NCBI GenBank assembly: GCA_046085905.1
Contig: JBJSWO010000091.1
Span: forward strand, 1-45,420
Direction: 5' to 3'
Source of the DNA: Actinomycetes bacterium
GTDB taxonomy: Bacteria; Actinomycetota; Actinomycetes; S36-B12
Length of the DNA: 45,420 bases
Shown here: piece by piece, positions 18,366 through 28,018 of the stretch
Layout of the letters: each line of letters opens with the position of its first letter
Position numbering within the stretch: the first letter of the stretch is position 1
Notes under the pieces: generated by a model
Seen by the model: the letters and a program-made list of their open reading frames with translations, nothing else
Database searches by the model: none
Told to the model about the DNA's origin: nothing
Program-made: the position numbers and the translations under genes

Positions 18366-19895
18366 TCAGCTCCTCGAGAACATCGAGAGCATGCGGCGGG
18401 TCACGGCGAATCCGCCGAACACGTTGATGCTGGCCAGGAGGACAGCGATGAAGGCCAGGACAGTGATCGCGGCATTGCCGTGGCCAATCTGGAGAAGCGC
18501 ACCGACCACGATGATTCCCGAGATCGCATTGGTCACGGACATGAGCGGGGTGTGCAGCGCGTGATGGACACTGCCGATCACGTAGTAGCCGATCACGATG
18601 GCCAGTGCAAAGACCGTGAGATGCACGCGCAGGGCTGCGGGCGAGGCAGCCACGAGCAGGAGCAGGATCGCAGCTCCGATCCCCGCGTAGGTGAAGCGGC
18701 GTGCGGCGCTCATCGGCTCCTTGACGGGTGACGCCTCGAGGCCGACTCGTTCAGCCATGACCTGCGCGGGGGCCGCAGATACCTGCACAGCAGGAGGTGG
18801 CCAGGTGACCTCGCCATCGCGCGCCACGGTGATACCCCGCTGAACGACGTCATCCCAGTCGATGACGAGCACGCCGTCCTTGCCCGGTGTCATGAGCTTG
18901 ATCAGATTCACGAGATTGGTGCCGAAGAGCTGGGAGGCCTGGGCCGCGAGTCGTCCGGGCAGATCGGTGTAACCGATGATGGTCACGCCATTGGCCGTGA
19001 CCACGACCTCGCCCTTCACCGTGCCCTCGACGTTTCCGCCGTTCGCAGCGGCCATGTCGACGATCACGCTGCCCCGCTTCATGCTCGCGACCATGTCTGC
19101 AGTGATCAGGATCGGTGCTGAACGGCCGGGGATCAGAGCCGTCGTGATGATGATGTCGATATCCGGTACCCACGCCGCATAGAGCGCGGCTGCTCGCTCG
19201 TTGTAGTCATCTGACATCTCCTTGGCATAGCCGGTGGACGACACCTCGACTTCGCCGGACGCGACCTCGAGATACTTTCCGCCGAGTGATGCGACCTGGT
19301 CGGCTACCTCGGGGCGCGGATCAGTCGCGTAGACGATGGCGCCCATGCCACCGGCGGTGCCGATCGCAGCGAGCCCCGCGACACCAACACCGGCGACGAG
19401 AACCTTGGCGGGCGGAACCTTGCCCGCAGCGGTGACCTGTCCGGTGAAGAAGCGTCCGAAGGCGTTTGCCGCCTCGATCACGGCCCGGTATCCGGCGATG
19501 TTCGCCATGGAGCTGAGCACGTCGAGCGACTGCGCACGCGAGATGCGGGGCACGGCGTCCATCGCGAGAGCCGTGATGCGCCGGCGGGCAAGATCCGCGA
19601 CCAGCTCGGGGTTGAGCGCGGGGCTCACGAGCGAGACGACGGTCGCGCCCTCGCGGAGCCGATCGAGCTGAGCGGGAGCTGGTGCATTGATGCCGAAGAT
19701 GATGTCTGCCGCGGCGGGATCCCCGATCGTGGCCCCGGCAGCCGCATAGGCGTCATCGGAGAATGAGGAGGCCGCGCCCGCGCCGGGCTCGATGACGACC
19801 TCGTAGCCCAGGGCGATGAGCTTCTCGACCGTGCCGGGGGTCGCCGAGACGCGGGTCTCGCCGGCAAGAGCCTCGTGAAGGACTCCGATAATCAC
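18366..19895 (-). CDS. pntA: NAD(P) transhydrogenase subunit alpha (unsplit, with C-terminal TM helices)
   Basis: 509 aa. Alanine-dehydrogenase/PNT dI domain ([17 protein letters not shown].., [15 protein letters not shown]) followed by 4 TM helices. GTG start. The stop is 4 nt before pntB. Confidence 0.95.
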   Translation of the reverse strand: MIIGVLHEALAGETRVSATPGTVEKLIALGYEVVIEPGAGAASSFSDDAYAAAGATIGDPAAADIIFGINAPAPAQLDRLREGATVVSLVSPALNPELVADLARRRITALAMDAVPRISRAQSLDVLSSMANIAGYRAVIEAANAFGRFFTGQVTAAGKVPPAKVLVAGVGVAGLAAIGTAGGMGAIVYATDPRPEVADQVASLGGKYLEVASGEVEVSSTGYAKEMSDDYNERAAALYAAWVPDIDIIITTALIPGRSAPILITADMVASMKRGSVIVDMAAANGGNVEGTVKGEVVVTANGVTIIGYTDLPGRLAAQASQLFGTNLVNLIKLMTPGKDGVLVIDWDDVVQRGITVARDGEVTWPPPAVQVSAAPAQVMAERVGLEASPVKEPMSAARRFTYAGIGAAILLLLVAASPAALRVHLTVFALAIVIGYYVIGSVHHALHTPLMSVTNAISGIIVVGALLQIGHGNAAITVLAFIAVLLASINVFGGFAVTRRMLSMFSRS

Positions 19896-20058
19896 TCAAG
19901 ACTCCAGACAGCGCCATGGGGCTGACCAACGCAGCCTTTCGCGGTCAATCTAGTGCCGAGGAGGGTGCCCCGTGACGGCTACGCGGGTGACCTCAGCCAC
20001 TCCTGCACTTCTCAACTGGACCAGCATCGGCAAGGACCTCGGCGCCTAGGATTTCCTC

Positions 20059-20619
20059 ATGGCGGCCACCAATCCCGATCGCGCGTCCTATTTCCCTGCT
20101 ATCGAGAAGAAGCACGGGCTTCCCATGTCGTACTGGTTTGACCAGATGAAAGAGATCAAGGACCTCAAGTACCCGGAGCAGATCGCTTACCTTCGAGAGA
20201 ATCACGGATTCAGCCAGGCACACGCCAACGCCCTCGTGCTGTACTCGCGGGGAAACACGACCAGCCGGAGGTTCGAGACACTCGACGATTACCTCGCTCC
20301 ATTCGAGAGCCACACCCAGGAGAAGGTGCGCGAGATCTTCGGAGTGCTCACCAAGAAGTTCCCGAGGTCGCGCATCGTCATCGCCTGGAACCAGCCGATG
20401 GTCAAGATCGACGACTCCTATGTCTTCGGACTCTCTGTGCAGAGCAAGCACATCCTGATCGCCCCCTGGGGCGACGGAATCATTGATCGATTCCGTCCCC
20501 GCCTCGACGGCTACGAGGTGAACAAGAAGACCATCAAGGTTCCCTTCGACTGGAAGGTCGACAGGAAGCTTCTCTGCGACATGGTGTCGGCCCGCTTGAG
20601 GGAACTCCCTGCTCCCTAG
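20059..20619 (+). CDS. DUF4287 + DUF1801 (YdhG-like) domain protein
   Basis: N-terminal SYFPAIEKKHGLPMSYWFDQM...HGFSQAHANALV resembles DUF4287. The C-terminal half resembles the DUF1801 fold family. Recognised from memory only. Confidence 0.6.
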   Translation: MAATNPDRASYFPAIEKKHGLPMSYWFDQMKEIKDLKYPEQIAYLRENHGFSQAHANALVLYSRGNTTSRRFETLDDYLAPFESHTQEKVREIFGVLTKKFPRSRIVIAWNQPMVKIDDSYVFGLSVQSKHILIAPWGDGIIDRFRPRLDGYEVNKKTIKVPFDWKVDRKLLCDMVSARLRELPAP

Positions 20620-20722
20620 GGCGCGCCCTGGGCGCGCGGGGTGCTTCCCTCCCATTTCATGTCCGCTCCTGGAGCATGCGCGCCGGCATCGGTAACGTCG
20701 GGTGAGATCGAAAGGGGACGCG

Positions 20723-21364
20723 ATGCACGCTCTCGTGGTCGACGATGACGACTTCCTGCGTTTCATGCTGGTCCGGACTCTGACTGACCTCGGATTCGAC
20801 TCGGTCGATGACGCCTCGACAGCGGCAGACGGACTGAAGTGCGCATCCGTCCGTCGCCCCGATCTCGCTGTGCTCGATCTCGACCTCGGAGCAGGCCCTA
20901 CCGGAATCGACCTCGCGTATGGGCTCCGCAAGGCCCATCCCTCCATCGCGATCGTGATCCTCTCCTCCTATACCGACCCGCGACTCCTCGGAGCCAACCG
21001 CGAGATCCCGGATGGCGGCATCTACCTGTCCAAGCGCGAGGTAGGTGACGTTGGCGTACTCGAGAAGGCCATTCGCGAGGTACTCGAGGCTCCCCGGGGA
21101 AAGCGACTCGGCGCACCTACTGCCACCGTCTCGGGCCGACGACTCAGCGATAACCAGGTCGAGGTCATGCGCCTTGTTGCCGAGGGCTTCTCAAATGCGG
21201 AGATCGCACGGCGCCGGCACTTGACTGAACCCGCAGTCGAGAAGGCCATTGCCCGACTCATCAAGCAGCTTGACCTGACTCCGGGGCGCGAGGACAACGC
21301 CCGCGTGCTCATCACCCAGGCCTATTTCGCACTGATCGGCTCCACCCAGGTGCGTCGTGACTGA
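20723..21364 (+). CDS. NarL/LuxR-family response regulator
   Basis: Receiver domain (VVDDDD, VLDLDLG, conserved Lys in YLSKRE) plus a LuxR-type HTH (LSDNQVEVMRLVAEGFSNAEIARRRHLTEPAVEKAI). The ATG at 20723 follows AAGGGG. Confidence 0.9.
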   Translation: MHALVVDDDDFLRFMLVRTLTDLGFDSVDDASTAADGLKCASVRRPDLAVLDLDLGAGPTGIDLAYGLRKAHPSIAIVILSSYTDPRLLGANREIPDGGIYLSKREVGDVGVLEKAIREVLEAPRGKRLGAPTATVSGRRLSDNQVEVMRLVAEGFSNAEIARRRHLTEPAVEKAIARLIKQLDLTPGREDNARVLITQAYFALIGSTQVRRD

Positions 21365-23120
21365 GGGTCCGCGACTGCCTACCTGGCAGGAGCGCATCGG
21401 AGGACGCTGGGCGATCTCGATTCAAAGTTTCACCATCGGCGCAGTCGTCAACATCGCGATCCTCTCGCTGACCGGTGGGCAGATTGGTGCCGACCAAGTG
21501 CAGACGCAGGACATCGGAGCCTGGGCGCTCATCGGCATCGCTGCCGCCCTGATCGTGGGTGCCTATGCACTCGCCGCGGATGCCTCGCTGTTCAAGCACC
21601 GGAGACAGCGTCCGGTACCGCCGTCGTGGGCGATCACCTTCCACCTGGGAGTCGGCCTCATCTTCGGACTCGTCATCGTGATCGCCGGGGATCGGCTGAT
21701 CGAGCCCAGCACGCAAAGCCCGATCGTGAGAATCGCGTGCATCAGCCTGATCGGACTCTGGTGGGGAGTGACATCCTCCTTGGTGCTCGAGGCCCGCGAT
21801 CGATTCACGAGAGCGCGCGAGGAACTTCTCGAGCGCGCCGTGGATCTCGAGCTTGCCACGATCAGCGAGACCGAGACGGCCATGCGCCTTCGCTCAGCAA
21901 TCGCTGCGGAGGCGGGGCCCGCTCTCGATGACACCAGGGCGCAGGTCAACCACGTGCTCGATGGCTTCGCCTCGCAGACCCAGGCACTACTGCCGGTCGA
22001 GGAGTGGTGGAAGATCTCGCAGTCACTGCGCTCGACTGCCGACACCACCATTCGACCGCTGAGCCACCACCTCTGGGAGGCGACCGAGCGCCAGTACCCG
22101 CGCCCCCGCCTCGGACGCGTGCTCACCCGACTGTTCACCTACCAGCGCTTCGCGGTCGTGCCCACGATGGTGATTCTCGCCATCGGCTACCTTCCCGCAG
22201 GCGTCTTCCGATTCGGAGTCCTCGGCGGATTCCTGGCCACCGCGGCAATGACCGGCGTGGCAGGAGGAGTACTCGCCCTGGCCAATGCACTGATGCCTCG
22301 GTGGCGACGCGGCCACGCAGTGATCATCGTGGGGGCGCTGCTCGCAGCAGAGCTCTACGAGGTGGGGTATCTCGCCCTGCTCTCCGGCTGGTCGAATGCG
22401 GGCTACACGCTGGGCCCCGAGGCAGCAGGGGGCATGATCGCCGTCGCCGTCTCCGTGATCCTGCCCGCCGCATACTCATCCTTGAATGTCGAGCGCGAGG
22501 AAATCCTCCTGCGCTTTCGAGTTGACACTGACGAGGCCCGCATCAGGCAGATGGCTAATGCACGACAGCTCGCTCACGTCACCAGGCAGGCAGCCCGCGA
22601 TCTGCACGGCACCGTGCAGACCAGGCTCATCTCGTGCGCGGTTGCCATCGAGCAGGCCTCACGCAGCGGTGACATCGCCCAATTCCGTCATGCACTCGAG
22701 ACAAGCATCGCCATCCTCGATGCACCGCTGCCGGATCAGTCCGAGGACACCTCGGCCACCATCCGGGACGAGATCTTCCGCATGTGCTCACCCTGGGAGG
22801 GGCTCTGCTCTTTCACATGGGACATCGACGACAGGGTGAGCGAGATTCGGGGCCCGGTGGCCATCGCAGCAGGCCGCATCGTCGAGGAGGCCGTGGCCAA
22901 CGCCTGCCGCCACGGCCTCGCCGAGTCGGTCATGATCCGCGCCTCGTGGGAGGAGGGTCCCGCTATCCGCTTCGTGATCGACGACGACGGTTCCGGCCCG
23001 ACGGGCGGCACCCCGGGCCTGGGCACAGCCATGCTGGCCGGGATCAGCCGGGGCGACCTGGCGCTGACATCCCGCCCGGAGGGTGGATCTCGCCTCAGCG
23101 TCGTGCTCCCCATCGACTGA
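21357..23120 (+). CDS. Polytopic sensor histidine kinase (HisKA_3 type)
   Basis: About 8 hydrophobic segments in the first ~390 aa, an H-box DLHGTVQTRL and an HATPase_c domain (NACRHG..DDDGSG..GLG). The GTG start overlaps the regulator gene by 8 nt. Confidence 0.85.
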   Translation: MTEGPRLPTWQERIGGRWAISIQSFTIGAVVNIAILSLTGGQIGADQVQTQDIGAWALIGIAAALIVGAYALAADASLFKHRRQRPVPPSWAITFHLGVGLIFGLVIVIAGDRLIEPSTQSPIVRIACISLIGLWWGVTSSLVLEARDRFTRAREELLERAVDLELATISETETAMRLRSAIAAEAGPALDDTRAQVNHVLDGFASQTQALLPVEEWWKISQSLRSTADTTIRPLSHHLWEATERQYPRPRLGRVLTRLFTYQRFAVVPTMVILAIGYLPAGVFRFGVLGGFLATAAMTGVAGGVLALANALMPRWRRGHAVIIVGALLAAELYEVGYLALLSGWSNAGYTLGPEAAGGMIAVAVSVILPAAYSSLNVEREEILLRFRVDTDEARIRQMANARQLAHVTRQAARDLHGTVQTRLISCAVAIEQASRSGDIAQFRHALETSIAILDAPLPDQSEDTSATIRDEIFRMCSPWEGLCSFTWDIDDRVSEIRGPVAIAAGRIVEEAVANACRHGLAESVMIRASWEEGPAIRFVIDDDGSGPTGGTPGLGTAMLAGISRGDLALTSRPEGGSRLSVVLPID

Positions 23121-23244
23121 GCCAGTCGCTGCCTCGACGGGGGGAACACCCCCCGAAAGCCGCTCATGAGTGGAGACACCGTTTCGGGCTCCGTAGGTTT
23201 TCACTCAGCCGCTCCACCCGGCACTCACAGACAGGGAGAATGAC

Positions 23245-24591
23245 ATGAACCGCTTCCGCTCAGCTGCCACCTCGGCCATCGCCGGGGTCGCCACCGTCGC
23301 CGTCACATCGGGCATGCTCCTGGCTGCCGCCCCCGCCGCCTCCGCCGCCGAGTTCTCGATGCCGACACCCGTCGTCGGCTTCACGGCCGCGGACCAGGGC
23401 AGCGCCACCTCCAACACCGGCACCTACGTGTGGCTGGGACTGAACGAGTCGCTCCAAGCCACGATCGGTACCACCTTGACCGGCAACGAGGCAGCCATCA
23501 CCTTCGCCGAGGGTCAGCTGGCCAACGGCTACACCCTCCGCTGGTACTCCTGCCCCACTCGCGGCGCTGCCCTGACCTCGTGCGAGGTCGTGGACTCTCG
23601 CGCCGTGGCCCCGGTCGGTAATGCCGGAGGGAATGCCGCGAGCGCGGGAGTGTCGCTCCTGATCTACACGGCCAAGGCAGAGGATGCCGGCCGCTACCTC
23701 GCTTACGAGGTCTCGCAGAGGATCTCGACCATCGCAGGCCCGCTGACGCGTACGGCGGTCTCCGATCGCACGAAGGACGTGCAGATCATCAGCAAGCTGG
23801 GCACCACCGCACGGCCCACCTGGGGCATCAATGGCGTGGACGCCGGGGAGAAGGCCTCCCTGCTCGTATTCCCCTGGACCCTGCCGACTGGCAGCACTTT
23901 CACCGGCCGCGCTCTGAGCGTGTACGCCTGCCCGAATGCGAGCCAGGGCCAGGAGGCAACCGACGGCTGGAGCACCAGCGGCTGCACCACGATCCCCGCA
24001 GGCAGCATCACCGGCGGTACGGTTAACGCGAATACCGCCTCCGCCTTCCAGGTTCAGACCACCGAGAGCATGGCCGGCAAGACCCTCGTCGCCCAGGTGC
24101 TGCTGACCTCGAAGACCTCGAACGGAACGCCGACCGTCTTCGCGGTCCGCTCTGCCGGCGCCACCCTTCCCGGCGCCGCAGCAACAGCGACCCCTTCTGC
24201 CTCTGCCTCTGCCACTGCCACTGCTGAAGCTGCGACCCCGTCGACTGCCGTCGAGGTGAAGCCCGCCACCGCCGTGGTGCCGAAGGTCAAGATAATCGCC
24301 GTCAAGAGCTTCACCCGCGGGAAGCCGGCCGCTGTCGCCATCGAGCTGAGCGGGCGTGGCAAGGGCACGGTCGGCACGGGCACGGCAATCGTCGAACTCG
24401 TCAAGAGCGCAGCACCCGGAGCCAAGACGGCGCAGCGACTGAAGACCACCGCCATCAAGTCGATGAAGGGCTTCAACAAGCAGACCCTGTCGAAGAAGCT
24501 GAAGAAGGGCACCTACTACATCCGCGTGATCTACACCGACAGCCGCTCGAAGGTGCAGGCAGGCGCGCTGAAGAAGATCTCGGTCAGGTAG
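23245..24591 (+). CDS. Secreted hypothetical protein with two Cys-pair modules, an Ala/Thr/Ser linker and a Lys-rich C-terminal domain
   Basis: RBS GGGAGAA. Signal peptide ..LLAAAPAASAAEF. Repeated pattern Y-x-C-P...C (LRWYSCPTRGAALTSCEVV and LSVYACPNASQGQEATDGWSTSGCTTIP). No family recognised. Confidence 0.65.
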   Translation: MNRFRSAATSAIAGVATVAVTSGMLLAAAPAASAAEFSMPTPVVGFTAADQGSATSNTGTYVWLGLNESLQATIGTTLTGNEAAITFAEGQLANGYTLRWYSCPTRGAALTSCEVVDSRAVAPVGNAGGNAASAGVSLLIYTAKAEDAGRYLAYEVSQRISTIAGPLTRTAVSDRTKDVQIISKLGTTARPTWGINGVDAGEKASLLVFPWTLPTGSTFTGRALSVYACPNASQGQEATDGWSTSGCTTIPAGSITGGTVNANTASAFQVQTTESMAGKTLVAQVLLTSKTSNGTPTVFAVRSAGATLPGAAATATPSASASATATAEAATPSTAVEVKPATAVVPKVKIIAVKSFTRGKPAAVAIELSGRGKGTVGTGTAIVELVKSAAPGAKTAQRLKTTAIKSMKGFNKQTLSKKLKKGTYYIRVIYTDSRSKVQAGALKKISVR

Positions 24592-24604
24592 ACCGGGTGG
24601 AGGC

Positions 24605-24633
24605 GGGGGGCAGGTGCGACGCACCTGCCCCCC
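24605..24633. terminator. 13-bp perfect stem-loop between convergent genes (bidirectional terminator candidate)
   Basis: ggggggcaggtgc-gac-gcacctgcccccc, located between the stop at 24591 (+) and the stop at 24641 (-). Confidence 0.55.
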
Positions 24634-24640
24634 GTTCGCG

Positions 24641-25933
24641 TCACACTGCCTTACGCCACGCCGAGAATGACCCGGCCTTCCCGCCGCGGGGGCGCACGAG
24701 CCACGGCCAGGGGTGCACCTCCGCCGGGTCGATGCGGGAGGCCAGTCGCTTCCACCCCGGCACGGGAGCGAAGGTCGTCGCCACTCCCCCTCCGCTCAGC
24801 ACCTCCGCCGGATCACCGCGCCACACCTCGACCGCCCGTCGCTGTGCGAGATCAGCGAGCGTCTCGGCGAGGAACACCAGACGCTTCGCGGACAGGTGCA
24901 GATGCGCGAGCAGCCGCTCATCGAAAACGAAGACCACGGGAAGTTCGGGGTGCGCCTCCAGCGCCGGATCCGCATCGCCGAGCGACTCGGCCGTGAGCCA
25001 TACGTGAGTGACATTCCCGATAGTCATTGGCGAACGCGGCCCTGCGGTCTCCTCGGCGTTCAGATCGTCAAGCACGCCAGGAGGTGCCGGTACGCGCTCG
25101 AGATTCGGCTCGCTCGGGTACTCCTGGATCGGACACTCGCGCCTGAGCACGCAGCCGGCACATAGTCCGGGCGCCCGTCGCTCGACCTGCGCTCGGGCGA
25201 ATCCGTAGGCCTTGCCCGTGCCGGCACCGACTGTCCATTGCCAGCCGAGCCGATTCGCCGCGCGCGAGCCATCCAGCAGGTGCGTGAACAGCATGTCCTC
25301 GCCGTCTCGCCAGCCCAGATGATGCCGAACGGACCAGTGAGAGGCAAACCACATGCGAGATTGATTGACCATCCAGCCGTCGTTCTCGAGTTCGTCGAGG
25401 ACGAACTCGAGGCAGGCCATCCCCTTCGTCCAATCGGCCGCTGGCAGGGGCCCGCGCACCGCGACCCCATACCGAACTGCCGTAGCAGTCCCTGCCGTTC
25501 GTGCATAGAGATGTCGCGCGTACTCCTGCCACATCAGTTCGTCACGGAACTTCGCCACATCAGCAGTCGGGCCTCCTGCCACAGCGGCCCAGGCCGTTGG
25601 CAGCGAAAGGAGCCCGTGCCGAATATAAGGAGAAAGTCGAGAGGCTCCCCGGCGATGCTCAGGAAACACCTCATTCCGGTCGGCGGCATATCCGGAGACA
25701 TCGAATGCTGCGAGAGCGGCATCAGCGGCAGACTGACCGCCGCGAATGCTCCGGCTTCCTCGAATTTCGCCATGCGCGAGATCGGCAAGGTGCTCACGGA
25801 CCCAGGAGACCGCTTCTTCGATCACCGGGGTTGGCAAGCGATAACTCACCCCAAGCTGCCTTCGGCTGACTGGCGCACACGCACAGCATGCTGCACGCCC
25901 GATGCCTGCGCACGCGGTGACGGCCGAGCACAT
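24641..25933 (-). CDS. Photolyase/cryptochrome-superfamily protein with inverted domain order (NewPHL-like)
   Basis: FAD-binding/catalytic-domain signatures come first (SRLSPYIRHGLLS, ELMWQEYARHLY, NDGWMVNQSRMWFASHW, RLGWQWTVGAGTG). A photolyase N-terminal-like alpha/beta segment is at the C-terminus (VWLTAESLGDADPALEA..PVVFVFDERLL..KRLVFLAETLADLA). The start is taken as the ATG at 25933, because the 738-aa ORF to 26857 collides with the plus-strand Gfo/Idh/MocA gene. Confidence 0.7.
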   Translation of the reverse strand: MCSAVTACAGIGRAACCACAPVSRRQLGVSYRLPTPVIEEAVSWVREHLADLAHGEIRGSRSIRGGQSAADAALAAFDVSGYAADRNEVFPEHRRGASRLSPYIRHGLLSLPTAWAAVAGGPTADVAKFRDELMWQEYARHLYARTAGTATAVRYGVAVRGPLPAADWTKGMACLEFVLDELENDGWMVNQSRMWFASHWSVRHHLGWRDGEDMLFTHLLDGSRAANRLGWQWTVGAGTGKAYGFARAQVERRAPGLCAGCVLRRECPIQEYPSEPNLERVPAPPGVLDDLNAEETAGPRSPMTIGNVTHVWLTAESLGDADPALEAHPELPVVFVFDERLLAHLHLSAKRLVFLAETLADLAQRRAVEVWRGDPAEVLSGGGVATTFAPVPGWKRLASRIDPAEVHPWPWLVRPRGGKAGSFSAWRKAV

Positions 25934-25990
25934 GAGGCCTGCAGCCTGATCGGGGGCGGTGACGACCGAAGTGAAGTACTGTCTCGTCAC

Positions 25991-26998
25991 ATGCGCATCG
26001 GACTTCTCGCCTACGGAGCTATCGGCCACGAGCACAATCGAGCGGTTCAGGCCACCGATGGGCTGACTCTCACCGCGGTGTGCGACACCAGTGCCGAGCG
26101 AGTCGCGGCCGCGCTCGAGATTGCCCCGGATGCGGCGACATTCTCCGACGCCATGGAAATGCTCGACTCGGGGCTCATCGATGCAGTCGTGATCTCCACG
26201 CCGCCGAATTCGCACTATGACTGGGCCAAGGCAGCCCTCGAGCGCGGGATCCACGTGATCCTCGAGAAGCCCATGGCACTTACTGTCGAGCAGTGCGATG
26301 AGCTCATCTGCCTGGCCGACAGCCGCGGTCTTACCCTCGTGGTCTACCAGAACCGCAGGTTCGATCGCGATTTCGTGACCCTGCGCCGGCTCATCCGCGA
26401 AGGCGCGATCGGCGAGGTATTCCAGTACGACAGTTTCGTCGGCGGCTACTCGCGCCCGTGCGACTACTGGCACTCCGACGCTGCCGTGTCCGGCGGAGCG
26501 ATCTTCGACTGGGGTTCGCACTTCCTGGATCAGGTCCTGAATCTCTTCGACAAGCCCATCGACTACGTCACTGGCATCAACCACAAGCGCCACTGGACGC
26601 ATGTCACCAACGCGGATCACGCAGTCGTCACTGTGATGTTCACCGATGGCACGCAGGCCTTGTTCACGCACTCCGATCTCTCGGCTGCCCGCAAGCCCAA
26701 GTTCCACGTGCTCGGCACCACCGGCGCCATCGTCGGCGAGTGGGATGAGACCGCTGCACCTGCTGTCGCTGATCTGCCCGCTCGACTCTTCCTCTACGAC
26801 ACGGATGGCAACGCCACCGAGATTGGACTTGACGAGGTCACGCCCTACCAGTTCCACTCGGAGTTCGAGGCACTCCTCGCCCGCGGAGTCCCGATGCAGG
26901 TCGACTCGCGTTCCTCACGCAATGTCGTCGCGATCATGGAGGCTGCCGAGAGATCGGCTCTCGAGCGCGGGCGCCCGGTGAGCCCGAACATCAGCTAA
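25991..26998 (+). CDS. Gfo/Idh/MocA family oxidoreductase
   Basis: MRIGLLAYGAIGHEH.. Rossmann N-terminus and the EKP motif (VILEKPMALT). The listed ORF from 25238 is an upstream in-frame extension antisense to the photolyase gene. Confidence 0.85.
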   Translation: MRIGLLAYGAIGHEHNRAVQATDGLTLTAVCDTSAERVAAALEIAPDAATFSDAMEMLDSGLIDAVVISTPPNSHYDWAKAALERGIHVILEKPMALTVEQCDELICLADSRGLTLVVYQNRRFDRDFVTLRRLIREGAIGEVFQYDSFVGGYSRPCDYWHSDAAVSGGAIFDWGSHFLDQVLNLFDKPIDYVTGINHKRHWTHVTNADHAVVTVMFTDGTQALFTHSDLSAARKPKFHVLGTTGAIVGEWDETAAPAVADLPARLFLYDTDGNATEIGLDEVTPYQFHSEFEALLARGVPMQVDSRSSRNVVAIMEAAERSALERGRPVSPNIS

Positions 26999-27987
26999 TG
27001 AGCACCACGGTTCCGCCGGACGTCAACTGGGGACTTCTCGGCGCAGGCTGGCTGGCGCAAGCAGCAACCGCAGAGGCGATCCACCATGCTCAAGGCGCTC
27101 GACTTCAGTCAGCCGGGGCACGCGACCTCGTCAGGGCCGAGCGAACGGGCGCCACGAACTGCTACGACAACTACCAGTCCGTCATTGATGACGCCAGTGT
27201 CGATGCCATCTACATCTGCCTCTCGAATGAGGCTCACCTGCCGTGGATTCGGGCCGGCATTGCGGCCGGCAAGCACGTGCTGTGCGAGAAGCCGCTCGTT
27301 CTTGCCGAGGAGGAGGCCGCCTCGGTCTTCGCCGATGCCGCAGACGCCGGCGTGATTCTCGCCGAGGCTGTCTGGTCCCGGTGGCATCCGCGAATGCGGA
27401 GAATCGTCGAGTTGGCTCGCACCGGAGCACTCGGTGAGATCACCGGCTTCATGGGCGCATTCACCTTCGATGAGGTGGCTGCCGACAACTATCGACTCAG
27501 GGCCGAACGTGGCGGCGGCGCGCTCTACGACGTCGGGATCTATCCGCTTCACGCACTCTTCGGCCTACTGGACTCGGTCGACGACTTCGACATAGTGAGC
27601 GTTGACCGCACGCGACCGGACGGTGGGGTTGATCTCACCACGAGGGCATCGCTGGCCTGGGGCGAGAACACCTCGGCCACCATCACCGGTTCCTTCGTCA
27701 TGCCCGAATCCCAGCTGTTGCACGTCCTCGGCACTCAGGGCGAGCTGCGAATCACCGACAACGAGGCCTTCACGTCGTACAAGAAGCCGACCGAGCTCTG
27801 GGTCGACGATCATCGCGAGACCTTTCCCGCCACGAATGCGTACCAGATCATGTTCGAGGAGATCAGCGCGCGAATTCGCGGCGAGGAAGGCTGGATCCTC
27901 CCATCACGGGACTCCCTGCGGGTGGCACGCGCCGTCGACATGATCCGCACGACACCGAGCGCCGGGGACGCACACGCCGGTCGGTAG
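26998..27987 (+). CDS. Gfo/Idh/MocA family oxidoreductase (second, tandem)
   Basis: WGLLGAGWLA.. N-terminus and VLCEKPLVL motif. The start overlaps the upstream stop (TAATG). Confidence 0.85.
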   Translation: MSTTVPPDVNWGLLGAGWLAQAATAEAIHHAQGARLQSAGARDLVRAERTGATNCYDNYQSVIDDASVDAIYICLSNEAHLPWIRAGIAAGKHVLCEKPLVLAEEEAASVFADAADAGVILAEAVWSRWHPRMRRIVELARTGALGEITGFMGAFTFDEVAADNYRLRAERGGGALYDVGIYPLHALFGLLDSVDDFDIVSVDRTRPDGGVDLTTRASLAWGENTSATITGSFVMPESQLLHVLGTQGELRITDNEAFTSYKKPTELWVDDHRETFPATNAYQIMFEEISARIRGEEGWILPSRDSLRVARAVDMIRTTPSAGDAHAGR

Positions 27988-28018
27988 CGCGCGTCGCCTT
28001 CGCGGGTGACCCACGGAC

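Noticed and set aside
4763-24591. Three secreted proteins (4763-6547, 12076-13131, 23245-24591) all end in a basic, beta-strand-like tail finishing ...YRVR, ...WVLR or ...ISVR, which could be a shared C-terminal sorting signal.
   Set aside because: The motif is only 2-3 residues long and could easily arise by chance. There is no hydrophobic anchor, LPXTG or other known sorting motif. It is not supportable without a proteome-wide enrichment test.
25934-26857. The N-terminal 308 codons of the 738-aa minus-strand ORF 24641-26857, which would make a giant photolyase fusion.
   Set aside because: This part is antisense to a well-supported Gfo/Idh/MocA gene (25991-26998) and has no protein-like features. 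Photolyase homology only begins after the ATG at 25933.
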